Notes: generated by a model from the sequence alone, not told the origin. Counted from the stretch's first letter, positions 21,344 to 31,646 are shown. The stretch is 64,000 nucleotides of DNA from Waterburya sp. (GCA_965217895.1 CBDCJV010000002.1:1056001-1120000), one strand, 5' to 3'. Numbers and translations: made by a program.

Positions 21344-21386
21344 GCTATCCACATTAAGCGAGACAATAGAGCTTAATGTGGATAGC
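21344..21386. repeat. Perfect 16-bp inverted repeat abutting a HIP1 site
   Basis: GCTATCCACATTAAGC-N11-GCTTAATGTGGATAGC. Confidence 0.75.
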
Positions 21387-21478
21387 GATCGCTTTGCTGC
21401 CAATCCCTGATTACAAAGTTTCGGTATTTCTGCTTCATTATTACGATCTTTTTATTCAATCCTTCTAGTTAAAAATTT

Positions 21479-21570
21479 TCAAGGATCGAGAGGACTTCTC
21501 ACGCCTTTACCCCCGCGATTTAAATCATGGTTGTTTTCACATCTTTATGCCCTAATAACTCTTGTACTTG
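21479..21570 (-). pseudogene. intI: Integron integrase C-terminal remnant with the catalytic Tyr region deleted
   Basis: Manual translation VQELLGHKDVKTTMI/(deletion, frameshift)NRGGKGVRSPLDP*; matches the IntI end QELLGH.DV.TTMIYTHVLNRGG.GVRSPLD. Confidence 0.88.
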
Positions 21571-21576
21571 TTCTAT

Positions 21577-21602
21577 AAGTTCTGTATGATAAATAGTTAT
21601 GC
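21577..21602 (+). other. Second attI-like site
   Basis: AAGTTCTGTATGATAAATA-GTTATGC resembles AAGTTTCCGTATAATAATATA-GTTGTGC at 18800-18827; no attC hairpin precedes this GTT. Confidence 0.6.
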
Positions 21603-21701
21603 AGCTTAGATTGTTGGTTAGGACAGCGATCTGAAGTTGTCATTGGGGTAATTAATCTTTAAAGTGGTGTAGAGTTTAAGCAACTATTTAGAGGAGGCTC
21701 A

Positions 21702-22163
21702 ATGATTCGAGTGATTCTAGCCCTGCTCCTGAACTCTGCTCTTCTTACAGGCAACGAATTTGCTGTAGCTGCGTTTATACATCCGTCCTTATCTCGTCAA
21801 GATCATCGTTCAAATCTTTCTGCGATACAGCGTTTTGCACATCTTTATGGCGGAGTAATGCCGATATGGATGGCGGTAACTACAGCACTACACATTTTTG
21901 TATGCGTGATGGCATGGTTCTACTCTCCATCCGCGTTTCCTTGGCTATGTGCTGCTGCCCTAATTTGGGTTATTGTGATTCCCTTCAGCCTCATCTTTCT
22001 AGTTCCTTTGAATAATCAAGTTAAGGAATGGGATCTCAACAATTTACCTTCAAATTGGGAGAGTATTAGGATCAGATGGGACTTCTATAACTGGCTCAGA
22101 GTCATACTTTTAATGTCTGCATTTGTTTTATTATCAGTGGGATTGAAAAACTATTCTTCTTAA
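21702..22163 (+). CDS. DUF1772/anthrone-oxygenase-like membrane protein (gene cassette 4)
   Basis: LVPLNNQVKEWD...LPSNWE.IR.RWD.YNWLRV; 4 TM segments; GGAGG RBS. Confidence 0.78.
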   Translation: MIRVILALLLNSALLTGNEFAVAAFIHPSLSRQDHRSNLSAIQRFAHLYGGVMPIWMAVTTALHIFVCVMAWFYSPSAFPWLCAAALIWVIVIPFSLIFLVPLNNQVKEWDLNNLPSNWESIRIRWDFYNWLRVILLMSAFVLLSVGLKNYSS

Positions 22164-22239
22164 GCTACTAAATCTAAAGCTCTAAAATCGAGTTTTAGTA
22201 AGCGTGGGAGGTAGTCTGTTTTGTAAGTACGAGGTCGCT

Positions 22240-22327
22240 GCATAACAACGCCCATGCACACCAACCGTCGAGAGGTGATCGGTATGATGCAAAGATAGTC
22301 TGCCGCAGGTGAAGCGGAACGTTAAAA
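22240..22327 (+). other. attC site of cassette 4
   Basis: GCATAAC ... TGCAC/GGTGAAGCGGAAC-GTTAAAA; GCTGCATAAC (22237-22246) is the exact reverse complement of GTTATGCAGC at 21596. Confidence 0.85.
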
Positions 22328-22393
22328 TAAATTTTCCCAATTATTTTTTAGTATCCCAAACTGATTTATCTTAAAGCGATCGCATTTTTCAAC

Positions 22394-22864
22394 TTATTTA
22401 GATTCGGAATTAATATATTTCAATATATCGGGATTATTTTTATCTATACTATAGACATATCCCAGGTCGATCGCTATTCTTCTTCTCAGACCAAGAGTAG
22501 GATAAAGTGGAGCTCCTAATCCCTTAATAGCGTGTAAATCAGCCGATTTAACCAACTGTAAAGCGACGTCTTTCGATAAATTGTTGCCGAAGGTATTCAA
22601 AACATCAGTGGCACAATCATTTTTATACACTTTTTTTAGTTCAGCATTGCGTTTTTCATACGCCAATAAAATTACGTCCAAACAAGCAGCATAATCATAG
22701 CTATTATTAAAATCAAAGACAAATTTTTTAGCTTGGCTATTCTGGGGTTGAGACTGGGCAAGATTGGGCTTAGTTTTGATTTCAGCGTCAGATGAAATTG
22801 ATAGAGCTAAGGGAATAGCGAAAGCGATTCCTATTATTAATGATACTTGTAAGAGCTTTTTCAT
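22394..22864 (-). CDS. Hypothetical secreted protein
   Basis: Signal peptide, two Cys, YPTLGLRRRIA motif. Confidence 0.65.
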   Translation of the reverse strand: MKKLLQVSLIIGIAFAIPLALSISSDAEIKTKPNLAQSQPQNSQAKKFVFDFNNSYDYAACLDVILLAYEKRNAELKKVYKNDCATDVLNTFGNNLSKDVALQLVKSADLHAIKGLGAPLYPTLGLRRRIAIDLGYVYSIDKNNPDILKYINSESK

Positions 22865-23037
22865 TTTTTGCAGTTAAATAATTATAAATTTAGATTGATT
22901 TTGTTACTGGTTTTTTCCTAATCTCTTAATGTGAAAGAAAGCTGACAACAATTCTATCCGAACTCAGATCATAATTGAAAAAAATAAATGTGTGCGATCG
23001 CTATCAACTATGAAGATAGTGAGGCGCAAATCAAAAG

Positions 23038-26000
23038 TTACTGAGCAATCAAACTGCCTAAAGTTTGTAGCATTTCCTGCTCGTTAAAAGGTTTAGAGAA
23101 ATAGGCTGATGCACCTAGTTTCATTGCCAGCTTGCGGTGCTTATCATTACTACGAGAAGTCAACATGGCAATGGGTATATGTGCCAAACTTGGTTCGGAC
23201 TTAACTTCTGACAATACGCCATACCCATCTAGACGAGGCATTTCTACATCACAGATTACAGCCTGAACTTTTAACCCACCAACTAGTTTGTCCACTGCAT
23301 CTCGACCATCCTTTGCCTCTTCGACTCGATAACCATTACGCTCTAAGATTCCTGCTAGATAACGCCTAACGTTTACAGAATCGTCTACAACTAGCACCGT
23401 TGAAGTATTAGAGACAGAGAAAGCAGAGCTGGCAATATTATCTTTGGTAGTTAAGGTAGAGAAAGTAGTTGACTGTTTAGCGAAGCCTTTAATCAAGCTA
23501 CTTGGTTCAATTAAAGGAATAACTCGCCCATCTCCCAAGACAGTAGAACCAGTAAAGCCTGGAAAAAGAGTAATGGAAGTTTTAACTGGTCGAATAACAA
23601 CCTCTTGTTCATTCCAGTATTTTTCGAGATAAATACCTTTTAATTCATCGTTGTCTTCAAATATTAATATAGTAGGAGCTTGAATTTTAGCCGTACCTTC
23701 CATCTCTAAAGGTTTGCTGGGACGTTCAAATCGAAGATGTTTCTCTAAACGGATTAGATCGATAGATCCTAGTAAATTTATTTGTTCTTGTTGCCCATTT
23801 GAGGTGACTAATTTAGAATCAAAACTAATAATCTCTTTAATACTCTGAACAGGAATAGCAAAAACCATTCCTGCGCTTTCAACTATGACTACCCGCAGTA
23901 CCAATAAAGATAGAGGAACAGCAATAGTAAAAGTTGTGCCTTTGCCTGATTCAGTTTTGACCTGAATATCACCGCGAATTTGCTGCAAGTTTTGGCGAAC
24001 AACGTCCATACCAACTCCACGACCAGATAGTTCGGTAACTTGATCGGCAGTACTAAATCCAGGTTCAAAGATCGCATCCAGTACATCTGTTTCAGAAATA
24101 TTATTAACTTCCCCTGAGAACATTCCCATTTTGAGCAGGCGATCGCGAATTTTGCTAGTATTAATTCCCCCACCATCATCAGTAATAGTAATAATAGTTT
24201 GGTTGCCCTTTTGAACCGCTTTTAAGACAATTTTGCCCTCGGCGGGTTTACCTGCTGCCAAACGAGTTGCAGCATCTTCTAGACCATGATCGAAGGCGTT
24301 TCGCAAAAGATGAGTTAAAGGATCGCTGAGTAATTCTAGTGCTTGGCGATCGATGTAGGTTGTCTCTCCCTCAATTTTGAGATTGACTTGTTTGTTGTGT
24401 TTATCAGACAAATCGCGGATTAATCTGGGGAAACGCCCTACTAGTTCTGAGAAAGGACGCATCTGCGATCGCGTGACATTCTGTTGTAAGTCTCGGGTAG
24501 TATAGCTAAGGTCACGAATTACTTGACCCATTTCTCGAATACCCAAGTCCATATCTGCGGTTACTTCCTGTAGCTGCACAATGGTTTCCATTTGTTCTTG
24601 AGATAACAGGTGCAGATCGGTATAACGATCCATTTCTAAAGCATCAAACTTTTCTTCTGTCGCCAAGCCTGAACTAGGCTGCCAAGCCACCTTAGCAGCT
24701 ACAGGCTCGGCTTGTGCTGTAGGAATCATCCCCTCTAAAGAAGCCCAATCATATAGCTTTCGTAGTTGATTGCTAGACTGTTCTAAACGGCGCATTCTTT
24801 CTCTGGTCAGACTGACAAAGTTTTGTAGTTGATTGAGACGTAGAATTGCTGCATTACGCTCTAGAATTAATTTACTTGACAAGTTATTGAGACTTGCCAG
24901 TTGCTCTGCGGGAACTCTTACCATTCTGCCCTTGTCAGGTTTTGACTGCTTTAGGGAAATGGCAGAAGGTGGAGGAGAAACTGCTTTTTGTTGCTCGGAG
25001 CTATCTGTATCAATTTGTAAATCAGGCTGAGGAACATCTAATGCTGCAAAAGCTGCATCTAAGTCTGACAAATCTGCTACATCAGGAGCAAGCTCGTCTA
25101 AGTTGGGTGCTGAAGATTCTAAAACAGCATCATTCTGGATAAAATCTTCAACTTGAGGTTCAGAAGCAAAATTATCTGACAATTCAAAGGCTGCATCTAA
25201 GTCTGATAACTCTGCTGCATCAGGAGCAAATTCATCTAAATCAAACTCTGAGTCAAAGCTAGCAGTTGACTCCAATGCTAATTCTTGAGCCGCGAACTGT
25301 TGAATTGTATCTAGCTCTGCTGAATCAACGATACTGCTAATCTCTAGAGCAGCAACAGCTTGATTTGGATCGCTACCTAATCCTAATTGTGTTGGCAGCT
25401 TATCTATTCTACCGACTAAAACCAAAGCGTGCGATCGCTCCCACAGTTTAAACGCTTCACGAGCCAAGTCTTTAACACCGTTTAAAGACACGATTGCCAA
25501 CTGTTGCTGAACAGATTGGCATAGCTGTACAAAAGGTTCAATTTGGCTCATTTGACCAAATTCAGCTAATTGTTCCGCCTGTACAGCCAATTCTGCTTTA
25601 AGCTGAGTAGGTTCTAAAGCCTCTATTTGCGCTTCAAAACTCTCTAAGCAATCTTCTACTCCACTTTGAAAAATAAGAGCAGAAACATCAACCTGTTCCT
25701 CTTCGGCTAAAAGGTTATCTTCGTCTTCTGAGCTTAAGTCCCCTAGTTTATTATGTAGAGCATCAAAAACTGGATTGGCATTGGCAGCTAACCAATCTTC
25801 TCCAATAGAGTCTTGCTGTTGATGCAAATTGCCAATTTCCCGCAGACAATCAACCCCCCGCAGCAATAAAGTTGTTGTCTCTTTATCTACTAAGGTATCG
25901 TCTCTACGAACTCGAAGAATCTTTAAGAAATCTTCTAGACGGTGAGCAACTTTACTCAAGGTCGAAAACCTCATCATTGCTGCACCTCCCTTGAGAGAGT

Positions 26001-26139
26001 GTGCTGCTCGCATCGCTGTATCAAGCAAGCTAGGTTCAGCCCCTTGAGCATCTAAATTGATTAGCAGCGACTCAAGATTATCGAAATATTCCTCTGCTTC
26101 CTCTAGAAAATCGAATCTTACCTGTTGTTCCGTATCCAT
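23038..26139 (-). CDS. cheA: CheA-like hybrid histidine kinase (Hpt, HATPase, CheW, REC)
   Basis: MRAAHSLKGGA, HLLRNAFDHG, GFSTADQVTELSGRGVGMDVV, C-terminal receiver; probable start MDTEQQ. Confidence 0.93.
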   Translation of the reverse strand: MDTEQQVRFDFLEEAEEYFDNLESLLINLDAQGAEPSLLDTAMRAAHSLKGGAAMMRFSTLSKVAHRLEDFLKILRVRRDDTLVDKETTTLLLRGVDCLREIGNLHQQQDSIGEDWLAANANPVFDALHNKLGDLSSEDEDNLLAEEEQVDVSALIFQSGVEDCLESFEAQIEALEPTQLKAELAVQAEQLAEFGQMSQIEPFVQLCQSVQQQLAIVSLNGVKDLAREAFKLWERSHALVLVGRIDKLPTQLGLGSDPNQAVAALEISSIVDSAELDTIQQFAAQELALESTASFDSEFDLDEFAPDAAELSDLDAAFELSDNFASEPQVEDFIQNDAVLESSAPNLDELAPDVADLSDLDAAFAALDVPQPDLQIDTDSSEQQKAVSPPPSAISLKQSKPDKGRMVRVPAEQLASLNNLSSKLILERNAAILRLNQLQNFVSLTRERMRRLEQSSNQLRKLYDWASLEGMIPTAQAEPVAAKVAWQPSSGLATEEKFDALEMDRYTDLHLLSQEQMETIVQLQEVTADMDLGIREMGQVIRDLSYTTRDLQQNVTRSQMRPFSELVGRFPRLIRDLSDKHNKQVNLKIEGETTYIDRQALELLSDPLTHLLRNAFDHGLEDAATRLAAGKPAEGKIVLKAVQKGNQTIITITDDGGGINTSKIRDRLLKMGMFSGEVNNISETDVLDAIFEPGFSTADQVTELSGRGVGMDVVRQNLQQIRGDIQVKTESGKGTTFTIAVPLSLLVLRVVIVESAGMVFAIPVQSIKEIISFDSKLVTSNGQQEQINLLGSIDLIRLEKHLRFERPSKPLEMEGTAKIQAPTILIFEDNDELKGIYLEKYWNEQEVVIRPVKTSITLFPGFTGSTVLGDGRVIPLIEPSSLIKGFAKQSTTFSTLTTKDNIASSAFSVSNTSTVLVVDDSVNVRRYLAGILERNGYRVEEAKDGRDAVDKLVGGLKVQAVICDVEMPRLDGYGVLSEVKSEPSLAHIPIAMLTSRSNDKHRKLAMKLGASAYFSKPFNEQEMLQTLGSLIAQ

Positions 26140-26205
26140 TGTGATCTCGAATTTATATATTTTTATGGGCAGCAATTGAGGCAATCAAGTCAATGTTCAA
26201 ATACT

Positions 26206-28518
26206 TTAGGCAATCGTTTTGGACATCAAGACAGAGCTTTCAATTTCTTCAATTTCGCCTTCTTTGACTTTAAACTGACCCACAGAATCCTGTAGCTGTT
26301 TAAGGATTGTGGTAGTTGCCAGCATCGCTTGAGCTACCTGACCAGAAGATTCAGAACGCTCTTTAGAAGTTTGGCTATTGAGCATCATGACTTCGGTTAC
26401 GGCTTGAGATGTCTGTGCCTGAGAGATGGTAGCTTGAGAAATTGATTTCATTAGCTGGTCAATCTCTTGAGATTTAGTTAAGACATTACCCAAACTAACC
26501 TTAGTAGCCTCCACCAAACGGGTACTGTCAACCACCTGACTAGTTCCTGTTTCCATGGCTGCTACCACTTCTTGAGTCTCCTGTTGAATGCCTGTAATTA
26601 GCTGGGCAATTTCTTTAGTTGCTGTGGCTGACTGTTCTGCCAATGCACCCACCTGTTCGGCAACCGCCGTAAAGCCTTGACCCAATTCTCCGGCGCGGGC
26701 TGCCTCCACACTAGCGTTAATTGCTAGCAAGTTAGTTTTAAGAGCAATCTCATCAATTAAGGCGACTACCTGAGAAATCTGCTGTGCCGATTCCCCTAAA
26801 CGCTTAATTTTTTTCGCCGTATCACCAATAGTAGAGCGCAAACCTTGAATACTATCTACCGTTTGTTCCATGACGGTATTCCCTTCTTTAGCACTGGTAA
26901 AGGCATCGTTGGAGATACTGGCAGTTTTCTCAGCGTTGGCGGCTACTTCCCGAATTGAGTTTGACATTTGCTCTACCGATAATAGAGTAGCCTGAATTTG
27001 TTCAGCTTCTAGCACCGACTGTTCGGCAATTTGTCTTACAGAACCCTCGTTTTGCTGCAAAGAAAAGTTTACCTGTCCTGCGGAGTCTTTTACCTGGAGG
27101 GCAATATCTCGTAGGTTTTCCACAATGGCGTTAAATAAATCGGCAATAATCCCTACGTCCCCTTCTACTAGCTGAGCGCGCACAGTTAGATCGCCCTCTG
27201 CTGCTGGCTCTAGTGCTTCCATTAACCCAACTACAGCGTTTTCTAAATCTTCTCTCTGTTTTTTTTGTTCGGCTGCACTTACTTCTAAGGATTTGTTTAA
27301 TTCATTGAGAGATTCTTGGTCAGATTTCTGCTGAATAAGTGCTTTTCTTTGAGCATAGAAAATATAGGCAGCCAAAGTCAAGATAGCTGCGCCTATCCCG
27401 ACCCCTATCCAGGGATACTTTTTAAAGAAGCCAGCAATTGTTACCTGACCAATTTCATCGTAGGGTGGAAGCCCTAGTTCAATAAATAATTCGTGAATAG
27501 GTCGATAGTTGAGAGGCACAGTCCAGCCTGCCGATTTAGAAGCTTGAGCAGCCTGACTGTCTTTGGGCATATTTAAAAGAGCTTTAGCTACTGATTCATT
27601 TAGCTCCGCGTCATTACCTTTAGCTGCGGCAAAAGGCCATTCAGGATATAAACGGGTACTGTGTACAAAAGGAAATCCTTCGTCTGTCTGCGGATTAATA
27701 ATTTTGAAGTCTTCTTGTTTAAATTCTCCCCGCTTAACGGCATTTTCTAAAGCGTCTGTCCGAATTGTACCCGCGTCTACTTCTCCACTAGCAACTGCTC
27801 TAATAACGTCATCGTGAGTTCCCTTTTCGCTAAATTTTAATTCTTTAAAGAACTTATTAGGTTGTTTAATTCCCGCATCAAACAAAACCCCTTCAGCCAT
27901 TTGCCAACCCCCAAACGCATCGGGAGCTACGGCCATAAAAGTTTTCTTTTTGAGATCCTGAAGATCGTTAATGTCATTGCGGTTAGCTTTAGTCAGAATT
28001 ACCCCACCAAACTCGGTATAAGGCTTTCCTAATCTCAAGGTTTTAAGGGTGGCAATACGGTTAGCTCCATAGCTTGCTTCAAAATCGACATACAGCCCAG
28101 AGTTAATCAGATAAAAATCAACTTCCTTCGCCTCTGCTAACGCAGTCATATCTTCAATACTTCCTGGCACCATCTCAAAAGTATATCCAGGAATAGTTTT
28201 GGAGAGATAGTCTATAGTAGGTTTCCATTGAGCAATGGCTTCTTCATTTCCTTGGATGGCTAGTACTCCTACTTTGACAACTTTATTTTCTTTTTGAGCG
28301 GTTGCGGGAGGGGTTTCTTGAGCCAATACTCTGCCAGATAATGCTGGCTGCAAGTTATCTGAGATAGGAGAAAAACTAATCGTGGGCAAAATCAAGCTGC
28401 TAAGACCCAACAATAAAATACTTGATTTCCAACTATTTTTTATTACCTTATTATTTTTAGCTTGCGTACTTGAATTAAGTTGCTGAAGTGGATTTTTTTT
28501 CATGAGTTTAAGCTTCAA
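26206..28518 (-). CDS. Methyl-accepting chemotaxis protein with PhnD/TtrS-like periplasmic binding domain
   Basis: Signal-peptide-like N-terminus; [43 protein letters not shown]; one [24 protein letters not shown]. Confidence 0.9.
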   Translation of the reverse strand: MKLKLMKKNPLQQLNSSTQAKNNKVIKNSWKSSILLLGLSSLILPTISFSPISDNLQPALSGRVLAQETPPATAQKENKVVKVGVLAIQGNEEAIAQWKPTIDYLSKTIPGYTFEMVPGSIEDMTALAEAKEVDFYLINSGLYVDFEASYGANRIATLKTLRLGKPYTEFGGVILTKANRNDINDLQDLKKKTFMAVAPDAFGGWQMAEGVLFDAGIKQPNKFFKELKFSEKGTHDDVIRAVASGEVDAGTIRTDALENAVKRGEFKQEDFKIINPQTDEGFPFVHSTRLYPEWPFAAAKGNDAELNESVAKALLNMPKDSQAAQASKSAGWTVPLNYRPIHELFIELGLPPYDEIGQVTIAGFFKKYPWIGVGIGAAILTLAAYIFYAQRKALIQQKSDQESLNELNKSLEVSAAEQKKQREDLENAVVGLMEALEPAAEGDLTVRAQLVEGDVGIIADLFNAIVENLRDIALQVKDSAGQVNFSLQQNEGSVRQIAEQSVLEAEQIQATLLSVEQMSNSIREVAANAEKTASISNDAFTSAKEGNTVMEQTVDSIQGLRSTIGDTAKKIKRLGESAQQISQVVALIDEIALKTNLLAINASVEAARAGELGQGFTAVAEQVGALAEQSATATKEIAQLITGIQQETQEVVAAMETGTSQVVDSTRLVEATKVSLGNVLTKSQEIDQLMKSISQATISQAQTSQAVTEVMMLNSQTSKERSESSGQVAQAMLATTTILKQLQDSVGQFKVKEGEIEEIESSVLMSKTIA

Positions 28519-28547
28519 TAGTAATTAACTTAATTTCGCTACCAAAT

Positions 28548-29126
28548 TTACTTTTGGGTCGAAATCTTGGTCGTGATTAATGTAGAAATATCAATTAGAA
28601 AAGAGCGTTCTGAAGCAGTCGATAGACGCTCAGATTCTTTGCTTGCTTGCATCACATAACTTTTGACAAAAGGAGATAATGGATCTGGCATTGCCGAAAT
28701 ATCTGCACTAAATTGCTCAGGCATAATGCGAGAAATACCCTGAATGCTTTTAACAGTTAATCCAAATAAACTTGCCCGATCTGAAGCAATATTGTTCTGC
28801 TCAGAGTTTATCTGTACAACTATTGTCTGGTACTGTCTTAAATTCACTGTCTCAGGCGGAAATCCTGTTAAATGAGCGAGATCGACAGCTAAGAAAACTT
28901 GGTTTCTTGAACTCATCAATCCCACTACGTATTCTGGTAAATTGGGAACTGCCGTGATCCGATCGCCATCAACGGTTAAAGATTCTTGAACATACTTTAG
29001 GTCGATCAACCCTGAGATTCTATCGGTTAGTTGAAATCTCAGGTAATAATCCCCTCTGCGCTGCTGTTCGCTAAATAACTGGGGTAATAAATTCTTAAGC
29101 CTGTCTGTGGTAGTTAAACTGCTCAC
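28548..29126 (-). CDS. cheW: CheW-like coupling protein
   Basis: ITAVPNLPEYVVGLMSSRNQVFLAVDL; operon context. Confidence 0.85.
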   Translation of the reverse strand: MSSLTTTDRLKNLLPQLFSEQQRRGDYYLRFQLTDRISGLIDLKYVQESLTVDGDRITAVPNLPEYVVGLMSSRNQVFLAVDLAHLTGFPPETVNLRQYQTIVVQINSEQNNIASDRASLFGLTVKSIQGISRIMPEQFSADISAMPDPLSPFVKSYVMQASKESERLSTASERSFLIDISTLITTKISTQK

Positions 29127-29131
29127 TCTAA

Positions 29132-29509
29132 TTAACCTGCTACTGAGTTTTTGACGGCACTAATCATTTCCTCTTTAGTAAAGGGTTTAACCAAATAAGC
29201 AACAACCCCTTGTTTCTTTGCCCACTTCTTATCAATATCTCGATCTTTGGTGGTACAGGCAATTACTGGTATTTCAGCAGTTGCAGGGTCTTTCTTTAGC
29301 TTGCGACAAAATTCTAAACCACTCATTTCTGGCATTACCAAATCAGTAATTACTAGATCGGGTGTTTGAGCGCTAGCTTTGGCTAGTGCATCGTTGCCAT
29401 TTTCTGCCGTTACGACTAAAAATCCTTCCTGTTCTAAATAACCTGAAATTAAATTTAATTGAGCTTTTAGATCGTCTACTACTAATACAGTTTTCATAAT
29501 ATTTGACAC
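29132..29509 (-). CDS. CheY/PilH-like single-domain response regulator
   Basis: VLVVDD, TDLVMPEMSG, YLVKPF. Confidence 0.9.
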   Translation of the reverse strand: MSNIMKTVLVVDDLKAQLNLISGYLEQEGFLVVTAENGNDALAKASAQTPDLVITDLVMPEMSGLEFCRKLKKDPATAEIPVIACTTKDRDIDKKWAKKQGVVAYLVKPFTKEEMISAVKNSVAG

Positions 29510-29584
29510 CCTTTATACGGTTAGAATTAGGTTAATGTTTGCAAAAATAAAAATGAATTTGGCTTTGAGAAAATTTTAATTAGA

Positions 29585-30793
29585 TCATGTTATTACTCCT
29601 GCTGTATCTAAGTATTTATTCACCACAGACAACAGTTCTACCTGCGTAAATGGTTTAGTTAAATAGTCGGTTGCACCAACCATTTTGGCTCTAGTTTTAT
29701 CAATAAAACCAGTTCTGCCAGACACCATAATGATTGGAGTTGTTTTTAAAGAAGCACTGCCTCGAAACAAGCTACACAGTTTATAACCATTAATATTGGG
29801 CATAGAAATATCCATCAAAATTAAATCTGGTTTAAGCCTTAATAAAATGGGTGCTGCTTTTAGAGGATCCTCGATTTTAGTAATTTCAAAAGCATCACTC
29901 GCTAAAAAACGCTGCATTTCATCCAAAATTGTCGGACTGTCATCAATACAGGCAATTTTTAATTTTGCCTCCAGGTTTCCTGAAGATACCGAAGTTGTAG
30001 CTGCATTTTTGGCAGGAACTTTAGGTAAAGAATTCCAAGGTTCTGGTGGCTCACGAATAATAATTTCGCCACTTGTGATGAAGGGTTGCAGCAGTTTAGC
30101 AATTTTGAATTCATCTTGATTGAGTATTAAGGCTAGCTGACGAAAACTTAGCCCTCTGAGAAACTTAGCTAGTTTTAATAAAATTGGCGGAGAAGATTCA
30201 TTTAAGGCTTGAGGGTTGTTCAGATATGGGCATTGATAAGGAGATAATATGGAATTGCTAAAATCTTGCCAACTTAGAATGCGTCTTTCTATATCTTGTA
30301 CTAAAGGAGATATATCAAGATTTTGAAAGGTAATTCTAGCTGCTAAAGCGTGCTGGGGTAGATCGATATTTTTAATCCACTTATAATCACCCGATCTAAT
30401 CCAGAGAAAGGTTTCAATTGCTTCTTCTGTAAGGCTGTTGCAAATTTGCTGTGCTTGGCTTCGCTGAAGATGTTCACGTAATACTAGCCAGTTAATTGAA
30501 GGAATTATGCGTCCTCCCTCTAACCAACTCATTTCTGCTTGATCCTCTGGGGATGTTGCATTAGGAATAGATTTGGCAGCAGCAGCAGCATCTTGGAAAC
30601 CAAGATGCCGTAAATGATGATCCAAGGTAGCCATCATCTGCTGAACTGTATTGGCCGCACATTTTATCTGACCTTCTTCTATATATATATTCCAGCGTAC
30701 TTGACCATCAAAAACTTCTAGCCTGCCATTGTTATTAGGACTTGAAAAATCTGTTAGTAATTTTACTGGGTCTAAAATTTGACTCATATTCAA
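29585..30793 (-). CDS. PatA-family response regulator (PATAN plus REC)
   Basis: N-terminal PATAN-like domain; IACIDDSP, MDISMPNINGYKLC, GATDYLTKPF. Confidence 0.88.
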   Translation of the reverse strand: MNMSQILDPVKLLTDFSSPNNNGRLEVFDGQVRWNIYIEEGQIKCAANTVQQMMATLDHHLRHLGFQDAAAAAKSIPNATSPEDQAEMSWLEGGRIIPSINWLVLREHLQRSQAQQICNSLTEEAIETFLWIRSGDYKWIKNIDLPQHALAARITFQNLDISPLVQDIERRILSWQDFSNSILSPYQCPYLNNPQALNESSPPILLKLAKFLRGLSFRQLALILNQDEFKIAKLLQPFITSGEIIIREPPEPWNSLPKVPAKNAATTSVSSGNLEAKLKIACIDDSPTILDEMQRFLASDAFEITKIEDPLKAAPILLRLKPDLILMDISMPNINGYKLCSLFRGSASLKTTPIIMVSGRTGFIDKTRAKMVGATDYLTKPFTQVELLSVVNKYLDTAGVIT

Positions 30794-31072
30794 AACTCTT
30801 TGGTCAAATATTTCAATAACTCTTGTTAGCTATTGTTCCCAAATAAATAGCAATATTAAACACTATGGTTCAAACAATTTCTATCTAAAGTCCAAAACCT
30901 AATGTTTCTTATGTATTAAGCAAATTAAAATAGTACAGTTAACAGCAGTTAAATACAAAAAAGCATCAGAAAGATTCTTTTTGCCTACTATCTTATCCAT
31001 TCTCATTCCGATTGAAAATCAGCGAGGTCGCACAGCTTTTTTTCAAGAGCGAAATTAATTTTTAGTTTTTAC

Positions 31073-31104
31073 TTGACTCTACAGTCGACTAGAGAGTTTA
31101 GGCT
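31073..31104 (+). promoter_or_regulatory. MerR-family-type promoter/operator
   Basis: TTGACT-20 bp-TAGGCT with dyad ACTCT...AGAGT. Confidence 0.8.
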
Positions 31105-31138
31105 AAATCTATAACTAAATAAATAGAGATACAATCTT

Positions 31139-31558
31139 ATGTCTCATCCCCAATGGTTAACGATAATTGCAGATATATCCTTAATTGCTGCCTTCGCTAG
31201 TGCATTTGCGATTCTTGGCGATATTATTGCCGAGTGGGGAGTATCTCTAACTGGTTTTACTCTGGCATTTTTACTGGGCATTATCTTTCAGTATTTTGCG
31301 ATCGCCTCCATGCGCGATCTCTCATTTGGCGAAGGATTAAAGGCTGCTATCAAAGCAGATACATTTTCTCTAATTGCTTTTGAAATTGGGCTGTTTGGCT
31401 GGATGGCATTAATGCGTTTTGTTTTTTTCAACCCACCTTTAGAACCAAATGATCCCGTTCACTGGTTCATGATGCAGATTGGGATGGTAATTGGCTTTGC
31501 GACTAGCTATCCGATGAATTGGTTTCTGATTAACAAAGGAATTAAAGAAGCAATGTAA
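31139..31558 (+). CDS. DUF4396-family membrane protein, apparently internally deleted
   Basis: GIIFQYFAIASMR.LS.GEGLKAAIKADT, FMMQIGM..GFATSYPMNWFLI.KGIKEAM. Confidence 0.75.
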   Translation: MSHPQWLTIIADISLIAAFASAFAILGDIIAEWGVSLTGFTLAFLLGIIFQYFAIASMRDLSFGEGLKAAIKADTFSLIAFEIGLFGWMALMRFVFFNPPLEPNDPVHWFMMQIGMVIGFATSYPMNWFLINKGIKEAM

Positions 31559-31646
31559 ACCACGGTTTGCTAAGTATCGCTGTTACTAGTCGATCATCAT
31601 TTCCGTTGAAACTTTTTTCCAAGATTGAAAAAATTTCCCTTACCCC

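Noticed and set aside
22394..22864. A fifth integron cassette
   Set aside because: Opposite strand and no downstream attC found.
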